NCBI RefSeq assembly: GCF_009914755.1
Contig: NC_060933.1
Direction: 5' to 3' (one strand)
Length of the DNA: 64,000 nt
From: the human T2T-CHM13v2.0 reference genome, Homo sapiens
This document shows, one piece after another, positions 34,276-48,427 of this stretch (its first letter is position 1; the number at the start of each line of letters is the position of its first letter). A program made the position numbers and the translations under genes. The notes under the pieces were generated by a model. It was not told the origin of the DNA, did not search any database, and saw nothing but the letters and a program-made list of their open reading frames with translations.

Positions 34276-35469
34276 GAACCGTATGTGAAGACATATACAC
34301 TATAGCACAAACCATCAAAGTTTACACCAAGAACAAGGACGAGCTGTTTAAAGCATTTCATCATAGAAAAAGAGTTTTCTGATAACCATGAGATTATTGC
34401 TGTGCTAGATATAAGAAAATGGTGTTTTTAGCCATTATTGGTGCCATCAATGTTACTTTTGATTTCACATTTTTAGAAATACTTGTTCATGGGCCCTTTT
34501 AATTAGAATAGCTAAAGAAACATCAGCAACGTAGCTGACCAGAAGTGCTGAGCATGCATCTCATTGACAAAGAAAGACCCAAACAATGGACAATTACGTG
34601 TCAAACAGAGTAAATAAATGCCTCCACTGTTACAGCTTCTTTTTTCCCTCCATATCTTTGAATTTAGAGAAATTTCCGTCCTTGCTCAGGCATGCAGGTG
34701 AACTGTAGGCTTTTTAGACCTTATGCCCAGAGGCAATAAGGGAAATCAGACTAGTTTCAGAGCTGTCTCTACATCTTGAGGAATTTGGGATTTGTTTCAT
34801 TTAAGATTCAATAAAAACTCAAATGTATTTGGGCAAACACTCTCTCCCTTTAGGTTTTAATTCCCAGGTGCAATTTAAAGAAAACTTAATCCCTGGATTT
34901 GATTCACAAAATGTGATTTTATGTAAGATATTTGATATCTTCTTTTGAATTTTTTTCTTTCCTTTCAAACACCAAAAGATTAGAGTTGATACATTTTGGT
35001 TTTAAAAAGTACAAATCCAAAATTCTTAGAATTCTTAATGTGGAAAAATATATTTGGGCTTTGTAGGTTGATATATAGCTTTTCTGTTATCTGGGTGACC
35101 TTTTCCCACTTTCTCTATTTCTCTCTAATTTTCCCCATAACTCTCTAACCTCAGATTTAAAAAAAAAAGAAAAAAAAAGCTAAAACAGTACCACCACCAA
35201 ACTGTGAAAATTGATTACTTGTAACATTATTTTTTATCTGTGGTATGTAAAGGCCTATACTTTAGAAAACCTTTTTATGTTCTTTTGTGTTTTATAAAAG
35301 TTTCTGAAATTAATTTTTTTTCGGCAGCTATAGTCCGAAATATTTTGTTTACACCTTGAAACTGGCTTTTTTTCCTGCATCGTCTTTTATTTGTGGTGGT
35401 AGGAAGTGGCCTCAGGTACAAAACATTCGGGTCCTATTTTAGAGGATAAGTGGTAGCTTACAGTTTTAC

Positions 35470-38400
35470 TTTTAGAATAGCTTTCTATTTACATAAAAAA
35501 TTTAAAAATGGTGCAGACAGCTCCTGTATATTCCTTCCTCAGTTTCCTCTGTTATTAACACTTTTCATTACTATGATACATTTATTATAAAGGGCTAACA
35601 TGGACACATTGCAATTAATTAAATGCCAATTTATATTTGTTGCTTTATTCCATGAGTTATTGTAGTACAAGTGGTATTAGGTTACACAAGTAAGTTGTTT
35701 AGTGATGATTTGTGAGATTTTGATGTACCCATACCCAGGCAGTATACACTGCACCGTATCTGTAGTCTTTTATCCCTCACTTCCCCCTCCACTCTTTCCC
35801 CCAAGTCCCCAAAGTCCATTGTATCATTCTTGTGCCTTTGCATCCTCCTAGCTTAACTCCAACATATCAGTGAGAACATATGATGTTTGGTTTTTCATTT
35901 CTGAGCTATTTCACTTAGAATAATAGTCTCCAATCTCATCCAGGTTGCTGCAAATGTTAATTCACTCCTTCTTATGGCTGAGTAGTAGTCCATTGTGTGT
36001 GTATATATATATATATACAGTTTCTTTATCTACTCATTGATTGATGGGCATTTGGATTGATTCCATGATTTTGCAATTGTGAATTGTGCTGCTATAAACA
36101 TGTGTGCACAAGTATGTTTTTTGTATAATGACTTCTTTTCCTCTGGGTAGATACCCAGTAGTGGGATTGCTGGATCAAATGGTAGTTCTACTTTTAGTTT
36201 TTAAGGAATCTCCACACTGTTTTCCACAGTGGCTATACCAGTTTACATTTCCACAAGCAGTGTAGAAGTGTTCCCTGATCACCTCATCCACACCAACATC
36301 TACTGTTTTTTAATTTTTTTATTATAGCCATTCTTGTAGGAGTAAGATGGTATTGCCTTGTGGTTCTGATTTGCACTTCCCTGATCTTCAGTGATGTTGA
36401 GCATTTTTCCATTTGTTTGTTGGTCATTTGTATATCTTCTTTTGAGAATTGTCTATTCATGTTCTTAACCCACTTTTTGATGGGATTGTTTGCTTTTGTT
36501 CTTACTGATTTGTCTGAGTTCGTTGTAGATTCTGGACATTAGTCCTTTGTCAGATGTATAGATTGTGAAGATTTTCTCCCACTCAGTGGGTTGTCTGTTT
36601 ACTCTGCTGACTGTTCCTTTTGCCTTGCAAAAGCTGTTTAGTTTAATTGGGTCCCAACTATTTATCTTTGTTTTTATTGCATTTGCTTTCGGGTTCTTGA
36701 TCATGAAATACTTGCTTAAGCCAATGTCTAGAAGGGTTTCTTCAATGTTATCTTCTAGAATTTTTATAGTTTCAAGTCTTAGATTTAAGTTGATTTTTTG
36801 TATAAGGTGAAAGATGAGTATCCAGTTTCATTCTCCTGTATGTGGCTAGCCAATTATTCCAACACCATTTGTTGAAAAGGGTGTCCTTTCCCCACTTTAT
36901 GTTTTTGTTTGCTTTGTTTGCTTTGTTGATGATCAGTTGGCTGTAAGTATTTGGGTTTATTTCTGCGTTCTCTATTCTGTTCCATTGGTCTATGTGCCTA
37001 TTTTTATACTAGTACCACGTTGTTTTGGTGACTATGGCCTTATAGTGCAGTGTGAAATCAGGTAGTGTGATGTCTTCAGATTTGTTCTTTTTGCTTAGTC
37101 TTGCTTTGGCTATATGGGCTCTTTTTTGGTTCCATATGAATTTTAGAATTGATTTTTTCTAATTCTGTGAAGAATGATAGTGGTGTTTTGATGGAGATTG
37201 CATTGAATTTGTAGATTGCTTTTGTCAGTATGGTCATTTTCACAATATTGATTCTACCCATCCATGAGCATGGGATGTATTTCCATTTGTTTGTGTCATC
37301 TGTGATTTCTTTTAACAGTGTTTTGTAGTTTACCTTGTAGAGGTCTTTTGACTCCTTGGTTAGGTATATTCCTAAGTATTTTATTTTATTTTATTTTTGC
37401 AGCTATTGTAAAAAGGTTTGAGTTCTTGATCTGATTCTCTGCTTGGTCGCTGTTGGTATATAGAAGAGCTACTGATTTGTGTTCATTAATCTTGTATCCA
37501 GAAACTTTGCTGAATTCTTTTATCAGCAAACTGGAGGAGTCTTTAGGATTTTCAAGGTAAATGATCATATTGTCAGCAAACAGTGACTTTTTTACTTCCT
37601 CTTTATTGATTTGGATGCCGTTTATTTCTTTTTCCTGTCTGATTGCTCTTGCTAGGACTTCCAGTGCTATGTTGAAGAGGAGTGATAAGAATGGGCATCC
37701 TTGTCCTGTTCCAGTTTGCAGAGGGGATACTTTCAACTTTTCCCCATTCAGTATTATGTCATCTGTGGGTTTGTTGTATATAGCTTTTATTACATTGAGG
37801 TATGTCCTTTGTATGCCGATTTTGCTGAGAGTTTTAATCATAAAGGGATGCTGGATTTTGTTGAATTTTTTTTCTGCATCTATTGAGATGGTCATGTGAT
37901 TTCTGTTTTTAATTCTGTTTATGTGGTGTATCACTTTTATTGACTTGCACATGTTAAACCATCCCTGCATCCCTCGTATGAAACCCACTTGATCATGGTG
38001 GATTATCTTTTTGATATTTTGTTGGATTCAGTTAGCTAGTATTTTGTTAAGGATTTTAGCATCTATGTTCATCAAGAATATCAGTCTGTAGTTTTCTTTT
38101 TTTGGTTATGTCCTGCCCTGGTTTTGGCATTAGGGCTATGCTGACTTCATAGGATGAATTAGGGAGGGTTCTTTCTTTCTCTATCTTGTGGAATAGTGTC
38201 AAAAGAATTGGTACCAATTCTTCTTTGAATGTTTGGTAGAATTTTGCTGTGAATCCATCTGGTTCTGGACTTTTTTTGTTGGTAATTTTTTAGTTACCAT
38301 TTCAATCTCACTGCTTGTTATTTGTCTGTTCAGGGTATCTAATTCTTCCCGATTTAACCTAGGAGGGTTATATTTTTCCAGGACTTTATCCATCTCCTCT

Positions 38401-41400
38401 AGGTTTTCTAGTTTATGTGCATAAAGGTGTTCATACTAGCCTTGAATAATCTTTTGTATTTCAGTGATGTCAGTTGTAATATCTCCTGTTTCGTTTCTTA
38501 GTGAGGCTATTTGGATTTTCTCTCTTCTTTTCTTGGTTAATCTTGATAATGGTCTATCAATTTTATTTATCTTTTCAAAGAAACAGCTTCTTCATCTATC
38601 TTTTTTATTTTTTTGTTGTTCGTTCATTTGTTTCAATTTCATTTAGTTCTGCCTTGATCTTAGTTATTTCCTTCCTTCTGCTGGGGTTGCGTTTGGTTTG
38701 TTCTGGTTTCTCTAGTTGCTTGATATGTGACATTATAATGTCAGTTTGTACTCTTTCAGTCTTTTTGATGTAGCTGTTTAGGGCTATGCACTTTCCTTTT
38801 AGCACCACCTTTGCTGTTTCCCAGAGGTTTTGATAGGTTGTGTCATTATTGTCATTCAGTTCGAAGATTTTTTAAATTTCCATCTTGATTTGCTTTTTGA
38901 CCCAGTGCTCATTCAGGAGCAGGCTATTTAATTTCCATATATTTGCATGGTTTTGAAGGTTCCTTTTGGAGTTAATTTCCAATTTTATTCCACTGTGGTC
39001 CAAAAGAATGCTTGATGTAATTTTAATTTTCTTAAAATTATTGAGGCTCATTTCATTGCCTATCATATGGTCTATCTTGGAGAAAGTTCCATGTGCTGTT
39101 GAATAGAATGTGTATTCTGCAGTTGTTGGATGAAATATTCTGCATATATCTGTTAAGTCCATTTATTCCAAGATATAGTTTAAATTCATTGTTTTTTTGT
39201 TGACATTTTGTCTTGATGACCTGTCTTGTGCTGTCAGTAGAGTATTGAAGTCCCCCACTATTATTGTGTTGCTATCTGTCTCATTTCTTCAATCTATTAG
39301 TAATTGTTTTATAAATTTGGGAGCTCCAGTGTTAGGTGCACATATGTTTAGGATTGTCATATTTTCCTGTTGAACAAGGCCTTTTACAATTATGTAATGT
39401 CCCTCTTTGTCTCTTTTAACTGCTGTTGGTTTAAAGTTTGTTTTGTCTGATAAAAGAATAGCTACCCCTGCTTGCTTTTGGTGTCCATTTGTGTGAAATG
39501 CCCTTTTCCACCCATTTACTTTAAGTTTATGTGGGTCCTTATGTGTTAGGTGAGTCTCCTGAAGGCAGCAGATAGTTGGTTGGTGAGCTCTTATCCATTC
39601 TGGAGTTCCATATATTTTAAGTGGAGCATTTAGGCCATTTACATTCAATGTTAATGTTGAGATGTCAGGTACCATTGCATTCATCATGCTATTTGTTGCC
39701 CGTGTACTTTGTTTTTTGGTTTTGCTTCTTGTATTTTTGTTTTGTAGGCCCTGTGTGATTTATGCCTTAAAGAGGTTCTATTCTGATGTGTTTCCAGGAT
39801 TTGTTTCAAGATTTAGAGCTCCTTTTAGCAGTTCTTGTAGTGGTGGCTTGATATTGGTGAATTCTCTCTCAGCATGTGTTTGTCTGAAAAATGCTGTATC
39901 TTTCCTCCATATATGATGCTTAGTTTCGCTGGATACAAAATTCTTGGCTGATAATGGTTTTGTTTAAGGAGGCTGAAGATAGGGCTCCTCTCTCTTCTAG
40001 CTTGTAGGGTTTCTGCTGAGAATTCTGCTGTTAATCTGATAGATTTTCCTTTATAGGTAACCTGGTGCTTCTGTCTCTCACAGCTCTTAAGATTTTTCCC
40101 TTTGTCTTAACTTTGGATAACCTGATGACAATGTGCCTAGGCGATGATCTTTTTCCAATGAATTTTGCAGATGTTCTTTGTTCTTCTATATTTGAATGTC
40201 TAGGCCAGGGGAGCTTTCCTTGATTATTCCTCCAAATGTGTTTTCCAAGCTTTTAGAATTCTCTTCTTCCTCAGGAACACCGATTATTCTTAGGTTTGGT
40301 TGTTTAACATAATCCCCAACTTTTTGGAGGCTTTGTTCATTTTTTAAAATTCTTTTTTATTTGTCTCTGTTGGATTGGGTTAATTCAAAGACCTTGTCTT
40401 CCAGCTCTGAATTTCTTTCTTCTATTTGTTCAATTCTATTGCCGAGACTTTCCAGAGTATTTTGCATTTCTATAGGTGTGTCCAATGTTTCCTGAATTTT
40501 TGATTGATTGTTTTTTCTTTGAGCTATCTATTTCCTTGAATATTTCTCCCTTCACTTCTCGTATCATTTTTTGGATTTCCTTGCATGGGGCTTTGCCTTT
40601 CTCTGGTGCCTCCCTCTTTAGCTTAATGACTAACCTCCTGAATTTTTTTTTCAAGTAAATCAGGGATTTCTTCTTGGTTTGGATCCACTGCTGGTGAACT
40701 AGTGTGATTTTTGGGGGGTGTTAAAGATCCTTGTTTTTTTTGTTTTTTTTGTTTTTGTATTACCAGAGTTGGTTTTCTGGTTCCTTCTCATTTTGGTAAG
40801 CTCTGTCAGAGGGAAGGTCTTGGGCTGAAGGCTGTTGTTCAGATTCTTTTGTCCCATGGGGTGTTCTCTGCTGTAGTACACTCCCCCTTTTCCTATGGAT
40901 GGGGCTTCCTGTGAGCCAAACTACAGTGATTGTTGTTTTTCTTCTGGGTGTAGCCACCCAGCAAGTTTGCCCCGCTCTGGGCTGGTAATGGGGGTTGTCT
41001 GCACAGAGTCCTGTGATGTGAGCAGTCTGTGGGTCTCTCAGCTGTGGATACCAGCTCCTACTGGGGTGGAGGTGGCGGGGTTGGGGAGGGTGGTTGTGCA
41101 ATGGACTCCTTGAAAGTTCTTAGCTTTGGTGGTTTAATGATCTATTTTTGTGCTGGTTGGCCTCCTGCTGGGAGGTGGCACTTTCCAGAGAGCATCAGCT
41201 GTAGTAGTATGAAAGGATCCAGTGGTGGGCGGGGCCCTAGAACTCCCAAGATTATATGTCCTTTGTCTTCTGCTACTAGGGTGGCTAGGGAAGGAGCCAT
41301 CCAGTAGGGGCAGTGCTAGGTGTGTCTGAGCTCAAGTTCTCTTTGGGTGGGTCTTGCTGCAGCTGAGTATTTGGGGTGTGTCCCAGGTTCTGCAGGAGCA

Positions 41401-42105
41401 GTCCCCTTCCTTCATAGGGTCTGTGGGTCCTCTCAGGACTGCTGATTTGTTCTTGCAGTCCATCTGGAGCTAAAGTGAACAATGTGAGCCTTCCAACGCT
41501 GCTCAGTTGGTCCAAGTCGGAGCTGCAATCTAGTTCTGTTTCCCATCCACCTCATGTGAGAATCTGCTTTCCCCCATGTTTCTCTCCAGCCTCTTCCAGG
41601 CTTCCTACCCCACCACCCCCACATCGCTGCTCAGCCTCTCTCCTTCCTAGTGGGAGCTGAGGATCCTCAGACTCCATCCAGCACTTCTTTGCTTCAGCAA
41701 TGGGTTCATGTCAGCGGCAGCTGTGGTCCCAAATTTTATTTGGATTTCATTAGTTTTCCTTAATGTCTTGTTCCTGTTCCAGAATTTCATCCAGCATACC
41801 ACATTACATTTAGTTGACAAATCTCTTTAGATTACTTTGTACTGTGACAGTTTCTCAGACTTTTTTCTGCTCTTGACAGTATTGAGGAATACAAGTCAGG
41901 CATTTTATAGAACGTGCCTTAGTCTGGGTTTCTTTGATGTTTTCCTCATAGTGAAACTGGGGTTATGGGTTATAAGTTTATGGAGGGAAAATCTCAGAGA
42001 CGAAGTGTCATTCTCATCACAGTATATCAAGGGTACATGCTAGCAACATGATTTAAAACTGAGGATGTTAACCTTGATGACCCTACCAATAGTGTTTGCC
42101 AGTTT
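35470..42105 (-). mobile_element. L1MC/MD-type 3' UTR fragment split (35470-35640 and 41726-42105) by L1PB1
   Basis: cagtttcctctgttattaacac...acacattgcaattaattaaa | gtcccaaattttatttggatttcattag...gttccagaatttcatccagcataccacattacatttagtt reads continuously across the insertion. Confidence 0.65.
35641..41556 (-). mobile_element. Near full-length LINE-1, L1PB1-like (5' UTR, ORF1, ORF2, 3' UTR; multiply disrupted)
   Basis: EN domain 39289-39687 (TLNVNGLNAP...CCLQETHL); RT 37386-37988 (QGCP...LFADNMI); ORF1 pieces 40436-40881; L1PB-type 3' UTR (agtaagttgtttagtgatgatttgtgagatttt); 5' motif GGATGGGAAACAGAACTAGATTGCAGCTCC. Confidence 0.95.
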
Positions 42106-42361
42106 GGAAATGGATTAATTTTCAACCAACTCTTTTTTAGCATTCAGAGAAGCAACAGGACAGAGGTTTGAGGTATGTGATCTGAAGTCAATACATGTAA
42201 GTTCTTATTTTGGCCTTACCAACTTCCTGTGGAACTTCACCCCTCCACGTCTCATCTGTATTCTACGGGGTTTAGAGAATTATTAAAAGGAAAAAGGAAA
42301 CATCCTGAGTTCTTCTTTATTTCTTAAATTTTATGTTCTCACTTTGTTTGTTTATCCCACT

Positions 42362-42825
42362 TTTATCAGTCAGAGTCTCATCAGAAAGAACGATGTGTAA
42401 TTTGAGGAGAATATAATAAAGGAAGTATTGACAATGGTGAGGGCTGGGCATAGGGAAACTCAAGGTTTGAGGGCAGCCTGCTAGGTCTAGTATGAGCAGG
42501 GTGCCTGTGCTGATGGGGTGAGAGGAAGATGTTCTGTGGGGACCCCAGAGACACACATGCAGCAGGTAAAAAGCTTCCTGGAAGGGGCTGTGAGAATCAC
42601 CCAAAGAACACAGCCAGCCCTTGGCAATCCTGGAGGCAGGGAGCCGATGGGTTAAGTCCCCTGACCTCATGCTCCTTCCCCGCTCCTCCCTCTAATCTTC
42701 GGGATGAGTCTAACCAGAAGCCAGAAGGCAAGGAGGGGCATGGAGATCAGACACCTGGGTCACAGGGAAGGGTGCAGAAGGTTAGAAAGTGTATCTGGAG
42801 AGACCAGTCCAAGATATCCAGCACA
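42362..42825 (-). mobile_element. LTR33-like ERVL solo LTR
   Basis: aaccagaagccagaaggcaagga...gcagaaggttagaaagtgtatctggagag...aagatatccagcaca terminus. Confidence 0.7.
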
Positions 42826-43264
42826 CCTATATTTTGAATGCTGTGAGTTACAACTGAATCAATTTAGCTCAGCATATAGCATGTTCAACATTATTTAATA
42901 CAACTTTTACTTGCATATTTGCAGAGTCAGAGGACTCAAAGAATTCCCAGACAGCCCATGTCAATGTGGTATAGTTCAAATTACTGAAGTCTGCCAACTA
43001 CGTTTTCTATTATTTAATCTCAGACAATAGGTCTGATTTCTCTTCCATGTCATAACTTGAAATATGTGCAAATAGCTCCAGCAGGCTCTCTGGAACAGCA
43101 GACACTCTGTTCTTCAGCTAAAAACCTCAAGTTCTTTCAAGATCAGGTAGGATATTGAACCAGTACTTTAAAGATTCACCCATATCTCAGATCTGTAATT
43201 CAGTGGAAGTGCAAACCACTTTTCCCAAAAGATTTATAACTATAAGTTTCATTGATGTTGCATT

Positions 43265-43309
43265 AAGAATTAACATAAAGAGAAAAAAGAAAGAATTAAC
43301 ATAAAGAGA
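43265..43309 (+). repeat. 19-bp perfect direct repeat separated by a 7-nt A-rich spacer
   Basis: aagaattaacataaagaga (43265-43283) aaaaaga aagaattaacataaagaga (43291-43309). Confidence 0.9.
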
Positions 43310-44667
43310 TTAACTGAAAGAAGATCAAAATCCTGAGGATATGGGTCAAAAAACGAGGATTAACTGCCTCTGTAAGGGCCATATATACGACAAAATGTCA
43401 ATCAAAATAGCACCGGGAAGGGAGCGGGTAATTATTTGAGCCATGTGGCAAGTGAGTCAAGAACTTCCAGTTGCATCAGATAGCCAACGGTCCATTACAC
43501 AGAAATGACACAATCTTGGATTTGATTTTAGGGAAAAAATACAAAAAATAAACTTTGAACATGTTGCTTTACATTTGACAGAGCCTGAATATGTCTTATG
43601 TCACTTGCAAGATGGTGATGTAGACATTATTATGTCCATCACAAAGATGAAGAAAAAGAGGCTTGACTCACTAAGCACCTGGTCCAAAGTCACACTGTCC
43701 TAGCACAGGGCCAGGCACATACTGGACACTCAGGAAACCAATCTGAAGGAATGAAGCTTAATTAGCTTAAGTGCTGAGCTAATCTTCTAGAAAGGGCTGC
43801 CTGACCAGTTTCTACTTCCTGGCACAATTGTTGGGCACAGAGAGAAGTCAGCCAGAGCTCTTTTTTCATATTGTAGCCAAAGAGACTCATTTGGACACCT
43901 GAATGAAAGTAATTTTTATATTCTCTAATGACTATAACTCACTTTCTATTACTTAATAAATGCGATGAATAAAAGAGTCCTTGTGAAGCTAGATAGCATT
44001 TGCAAATGGGCTGCTGTGACTTGACAGATGGATTTGGAGCCTGAAGCAGGGACCAGAGTTGCTGAAAGCTGCAGGTGTCGGCAGAAACTGACTTCCAAGC
44101 CATTCCTCTTTCCTTGGACGGTGATAATCTGGGCTTTTTAAATGATTAGAAAATCTTAAAAGTGCTGCTTAATTTTTTTTGGTTTGTATATGAGCATCAG
44201 CTAACTGTTGGAATACAGAAAGCTTTCTTTTCTTCACCCTTCCTAGCTAGTTCTAGCTTCTCTCCTCACTTTGAGAACCATTTAGCACTCTGAAAATAAG
44301 GTCATGAGGCCTAAAGGATTAGATTTATGTGAGAATATCCTGTATACCTTTGCTAGGACCTGGGGAACTCAGGAGAAGCCACAGTATTGCTTTTTTTTTT
44401 TTTTTTTTTTTTACAAGCTATGCATTGTTTAGTTTGTTGAGTTTATGAGATATTTTAAGTATTCTAAGAAAAGATGGATTGGGTTCTTTAAATAGTATCC
44501 CATGGTCAGTATAACAGAAAAGAACCTGGGTTTGGAGTTAAGAATCCTAGGATTTTTAACATATCACTTATATCAGTTTTTTTTTAATCGGCCTGTTTTT
44601 AATTTTTAAAAATGTCTCCTTGTCCTTAATGAAAAAGGTACTTTGTTTCAGAGCTCACACTTTAGCA

Positions 44668-44820
44668 CAGTGGTTCTCAATTTGGGCTGCACATTAGAAT
44701 CTCCTGGGGAGCTTTTAAAAACTACAAATGCCCAAGTCAATTAAAGCCTATGTGTGAGACCAAAGTTATTAAAGATACAGCACTCGCATGCATCTAAATT
44801 AATAGGCTGCTGCTTAGCCA
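44668..44820. mobile_element. MER5-family hAT-Charlie fragment
   Basis: cagtggttctcaatttgggctgcacattagaatctcctggggagcttttaaaaa. Confidence 0.75.
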
Positions 44821-44863
44821 ATCAGAATGGAAGGTTCAGTTTTACAGGGACACAGAAGTTTTC

Positions 44864-45187
<324 letters not shown>

Positions 45188-45199
45188 TTACTCTAAGCC

Positions 45200-45310
45200 T
45201 CCCATAGATGGGAAAGTTGAAGCTCAGAGAGATTCATGAGCTTGCCCAGAACCATACAACTTGAAGCAGAATTCAGGTCTCCTGAAATTTAGGTCATAAT
45301 ATTTCCTGTG
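45200..45310 (-). mobile_element. MIR fragment
   Basis: atagatgggaaagttgaagctcagagagattcatgagcttgcccaga. Confidence 0.6.
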
Positions 45311-45919
45311 GTAGTATAACATTAGTCTGAGTTGCTCATAAGCTGCCCAGAGAAAACAACAGAGTTTGGGACAACAATGTCTTAATAAAATAATCTAGAT
45401 GGAGGCTAGCAGTGAAGTTAGCCTCTGTAATGGCCTGCACTCTGATTACCAACACACAAAACCTTGGATTTGACATAAACCAAGAACCATGTAATCACAT
45501 GTCCACCAGTGAGGTCAAGCAGACAACTGAGCTGCATAGGATAGCACAGAGAAATAGGAACCAGGATGAAATGGAGAGTCGTGTCCACCCAAAATCTTTA
45601 AACTTCCAATCTGTAACAGATTTCAGAGTAAACGAATCAAATTGTTGAACTGAATTCCCTTATAGGCTGCTGGTTTGCAACCTTTGACTTCAATGTCAAT
45701 TGATATACTACAAATTTCAGTCCTAGATTTAGGAGGAACTTCACAGTATGATGTGATCCGGCATTTTGCCTTTAGTCTAACTTTGTATCATCTCCATTCT
45801 AGATCTAAGGAAACCAGAGGCTGAAGATGTGGAGTACAGGTACAATGTCTCATGACAAGTGGGTAAGAACTAGAAGAGAAGTCTTTGAATTCCCTGCTTC
45901 ATGCTCTTTTGGGTGTTGG

Positions 45920-46160
45920 AAGAGCATGAAACCTGAAGTTGGAAAGAGATTCAAAATAATAGTGACACCACTTCCTAGCTGGGAGACTGGGGCCAAGTTA
46001 CATTTGCCTTAGCAAGCCTTGGCTTTTTCCACTATGAAATTTAAAATAATAAAAGTAGTGACTTCATAATGTTGTAGGGGGTTAAATAAAACAACACATG
46101 TTAAATTTGTTTAGCCCAGTGCCAAGTGCAGCATGAGGATTTCTGAGCTGATGCTTTGTC
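45920..46160 (+). mobile_element. MIR
   Basis: ccacttcctagctgggagactggggccaagttacatt...gttgtaggggttaaataaaac...ttagcccagtgccaag. Confidence 0.65.
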
Positions 46161-48427
46161 ATTGTTGTTTTGTTGTGCCTTGTTGCTTCCTGTTTCAAAG
46201 TAATGCATTCTTAGAGTTCCTGATTTTTTAAGGACCAGCTAATTTCAAATTGGCTCTCTCTCCCCCAGCAAGCCTAGTGTCTCTGCCACCAGAGTGCAAA
46301 CACACTTGAGTTCACCATATTGAGAGCTCCACATGCAGTGTGTTCTAATTGGCAGTATGGTGTTTGGAACTAGGGCATCACAGTTTTAGGGCTGACTGGT
46401 ATGTACCTGAGGTCAGGGACCTGGTACACAGCCACACCAAGATATGACAACCCCTTTTTGTAATGTATTCATGAGAAAACATATAGTTATATGAAGAAAG
46501 TAAAGGGAATCAGAAGCTTGAATATCTTCAGACCTCCTGGACCCTGGAAATGACTTACTTTTCCCATGGCCTGAGTGAGAGGAGTTTGGTCTGGAAAGTT
46601 GGCTTATCTTCGTTCCATCTCTGTCTCCAGTGTCTTGCCCCAGCCTGGTCCCATCTGTCATCATCTAGCAGACTTAAGGAGAGACATGTGAGTGTGGAGT
46701 GATGGGGATGGACACATTTTGCAAGACTCCAGGAAGCCCCAAACTGTGTTACTAGAGTTCACTCTTGGTGATTCTATGCAGGATGAGGCTTCCAAGGGTT
46801 ATGGGATGTGGACTTGAAAGGAAACTCCTGTTTCCCATTTAGTGCATCCAGCCTCAGGGGTGGGAAGAATAAAGGGACATCTTCTGATGTGGGCTGCTGT
46901 GTTGCACACTCTTCCCTGTCCTTGGTGCGGTCCGTGTTGATAACCACAAGGTGGCATCGCAGATTAAAGTGAAATGCCACAAACTTGCTTCCCTGTTCCC
47001 AGGTGAGGCTGTGATATTCATTCCACACCTGGGAGTTAAGAGGATATTTATCACAATCTGTTCATTTTACAGATGATGATATTGAGGCCAGGAACAAGGC
47101 ATAACCTGCCTGAGCGAGTTGTGGTATAGAACATAAATCACCCAAGTACTAATCAGAAAGGGAAATGCATTACCCATTATTAAGCACCCAGGTAATGGAA
47201 CTTGCCCCTCAATTTAACAAAGTGTGAAATATGTCAATGTGTATTTTAAAGAATTATCAGTATAAGAAATTCAAATATATCCACCATGAGGGCAGGGATT
47301 GTGCCTATTTTGCTTGCCATGTAGAAGATCCTGGAGGTTTTTTGTCTGTTTGTTTGTTTTGTTTTTGGAGGATTGGTTTATTTTTCCTAACTTGCATAGA
47401 TTTAGATTTTTCAGCTCTATATTAGAAGTTAATGGGGGCACAAACTACTTTCCCCCTTATCTCTCACTCACTCAATTAACAAGAAGCCAACAAATTTGGG
47501 GGCTGGGTTGTGCCCTTACTAGGACCCTGGCCCAATTTTTGGTACTCAGGGGATGACAAAGGGACACTGAGGACCCTGCCCTGCTCTTATATGTCCACTG
47601 TGAACTCACACATTGACTTTCAAGATTATAGAGGTGGAACAGGGATGTTTGGGCTGCCTTAACCCTTACCTTAACTCTCACTCTCCGGCTCCTCCACAGA
47701 AATCAGGGTCCAGCTTAGTTTCTGACTCTAGGAGAAGTCAAGTGGTCTCTGAAGTCCATTGGTAGCATCCAGACCTCTGGATGAGCTTCCTGACATCGCT
47801 CTGCTGCAATACTAATACACAAGGGTTCCTTCTCATTCCAGGTTTGTCACTCTCTGAGGTGCCTTAAAAAAAGTTACTTTTCTTTGGGCCTCAGTTTCCC
47901 GGTGTTTCTCAAAGCCAAACATCCTAATTTTCTAGATCATCTAATATCCTCCTGTCATGAAGTTTGTTAGCAATTGAATTGCCTCTCCTACTGCTTCTGC
48001 TTCTGTTCAGATTCCTTTATAGCAAAACGTTGGCTGTGCAATGAGGAGTCCCTAATGACTGAATGTGGAATGTTTATTCTTTGGAAAGCTCTGAGGTTGG
48101 GACTTCAGGGAAAAAGAAATGCCATCATACTGTTTTAGAAAAATGCTCTCCCATCAGAGGAAGAGTCAATGATTCTCAGTAGGAAAAGTTAAAAAAAAAA
48201 AAAAACAAATCATGTGCCCAGATGAAACTTAGTTTTGTTTTGTATTTTAATGCTCAAATAAGCCAAGTGACCTCACTTGGGACACTGAATTTCTTAGAGT
48301 GATATTCAAGAATAGATAGATTTTCTGATCCCAAATTTGAAAATTCCCACGGGTAAAAATCTCCACAGCAAGTAAAACCACCAATGTTGGGGAGGGGAAT
48401 AAAATTAAATCATTATAGGTGTGGGTA

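Noticed and set aside
37386-39687. L1 EN and RT ORFs suggesting an active LINE-1
   Set aside because: ORF2 is broken into many pieces and the catalytic motif reads FADN; the element is old and dead
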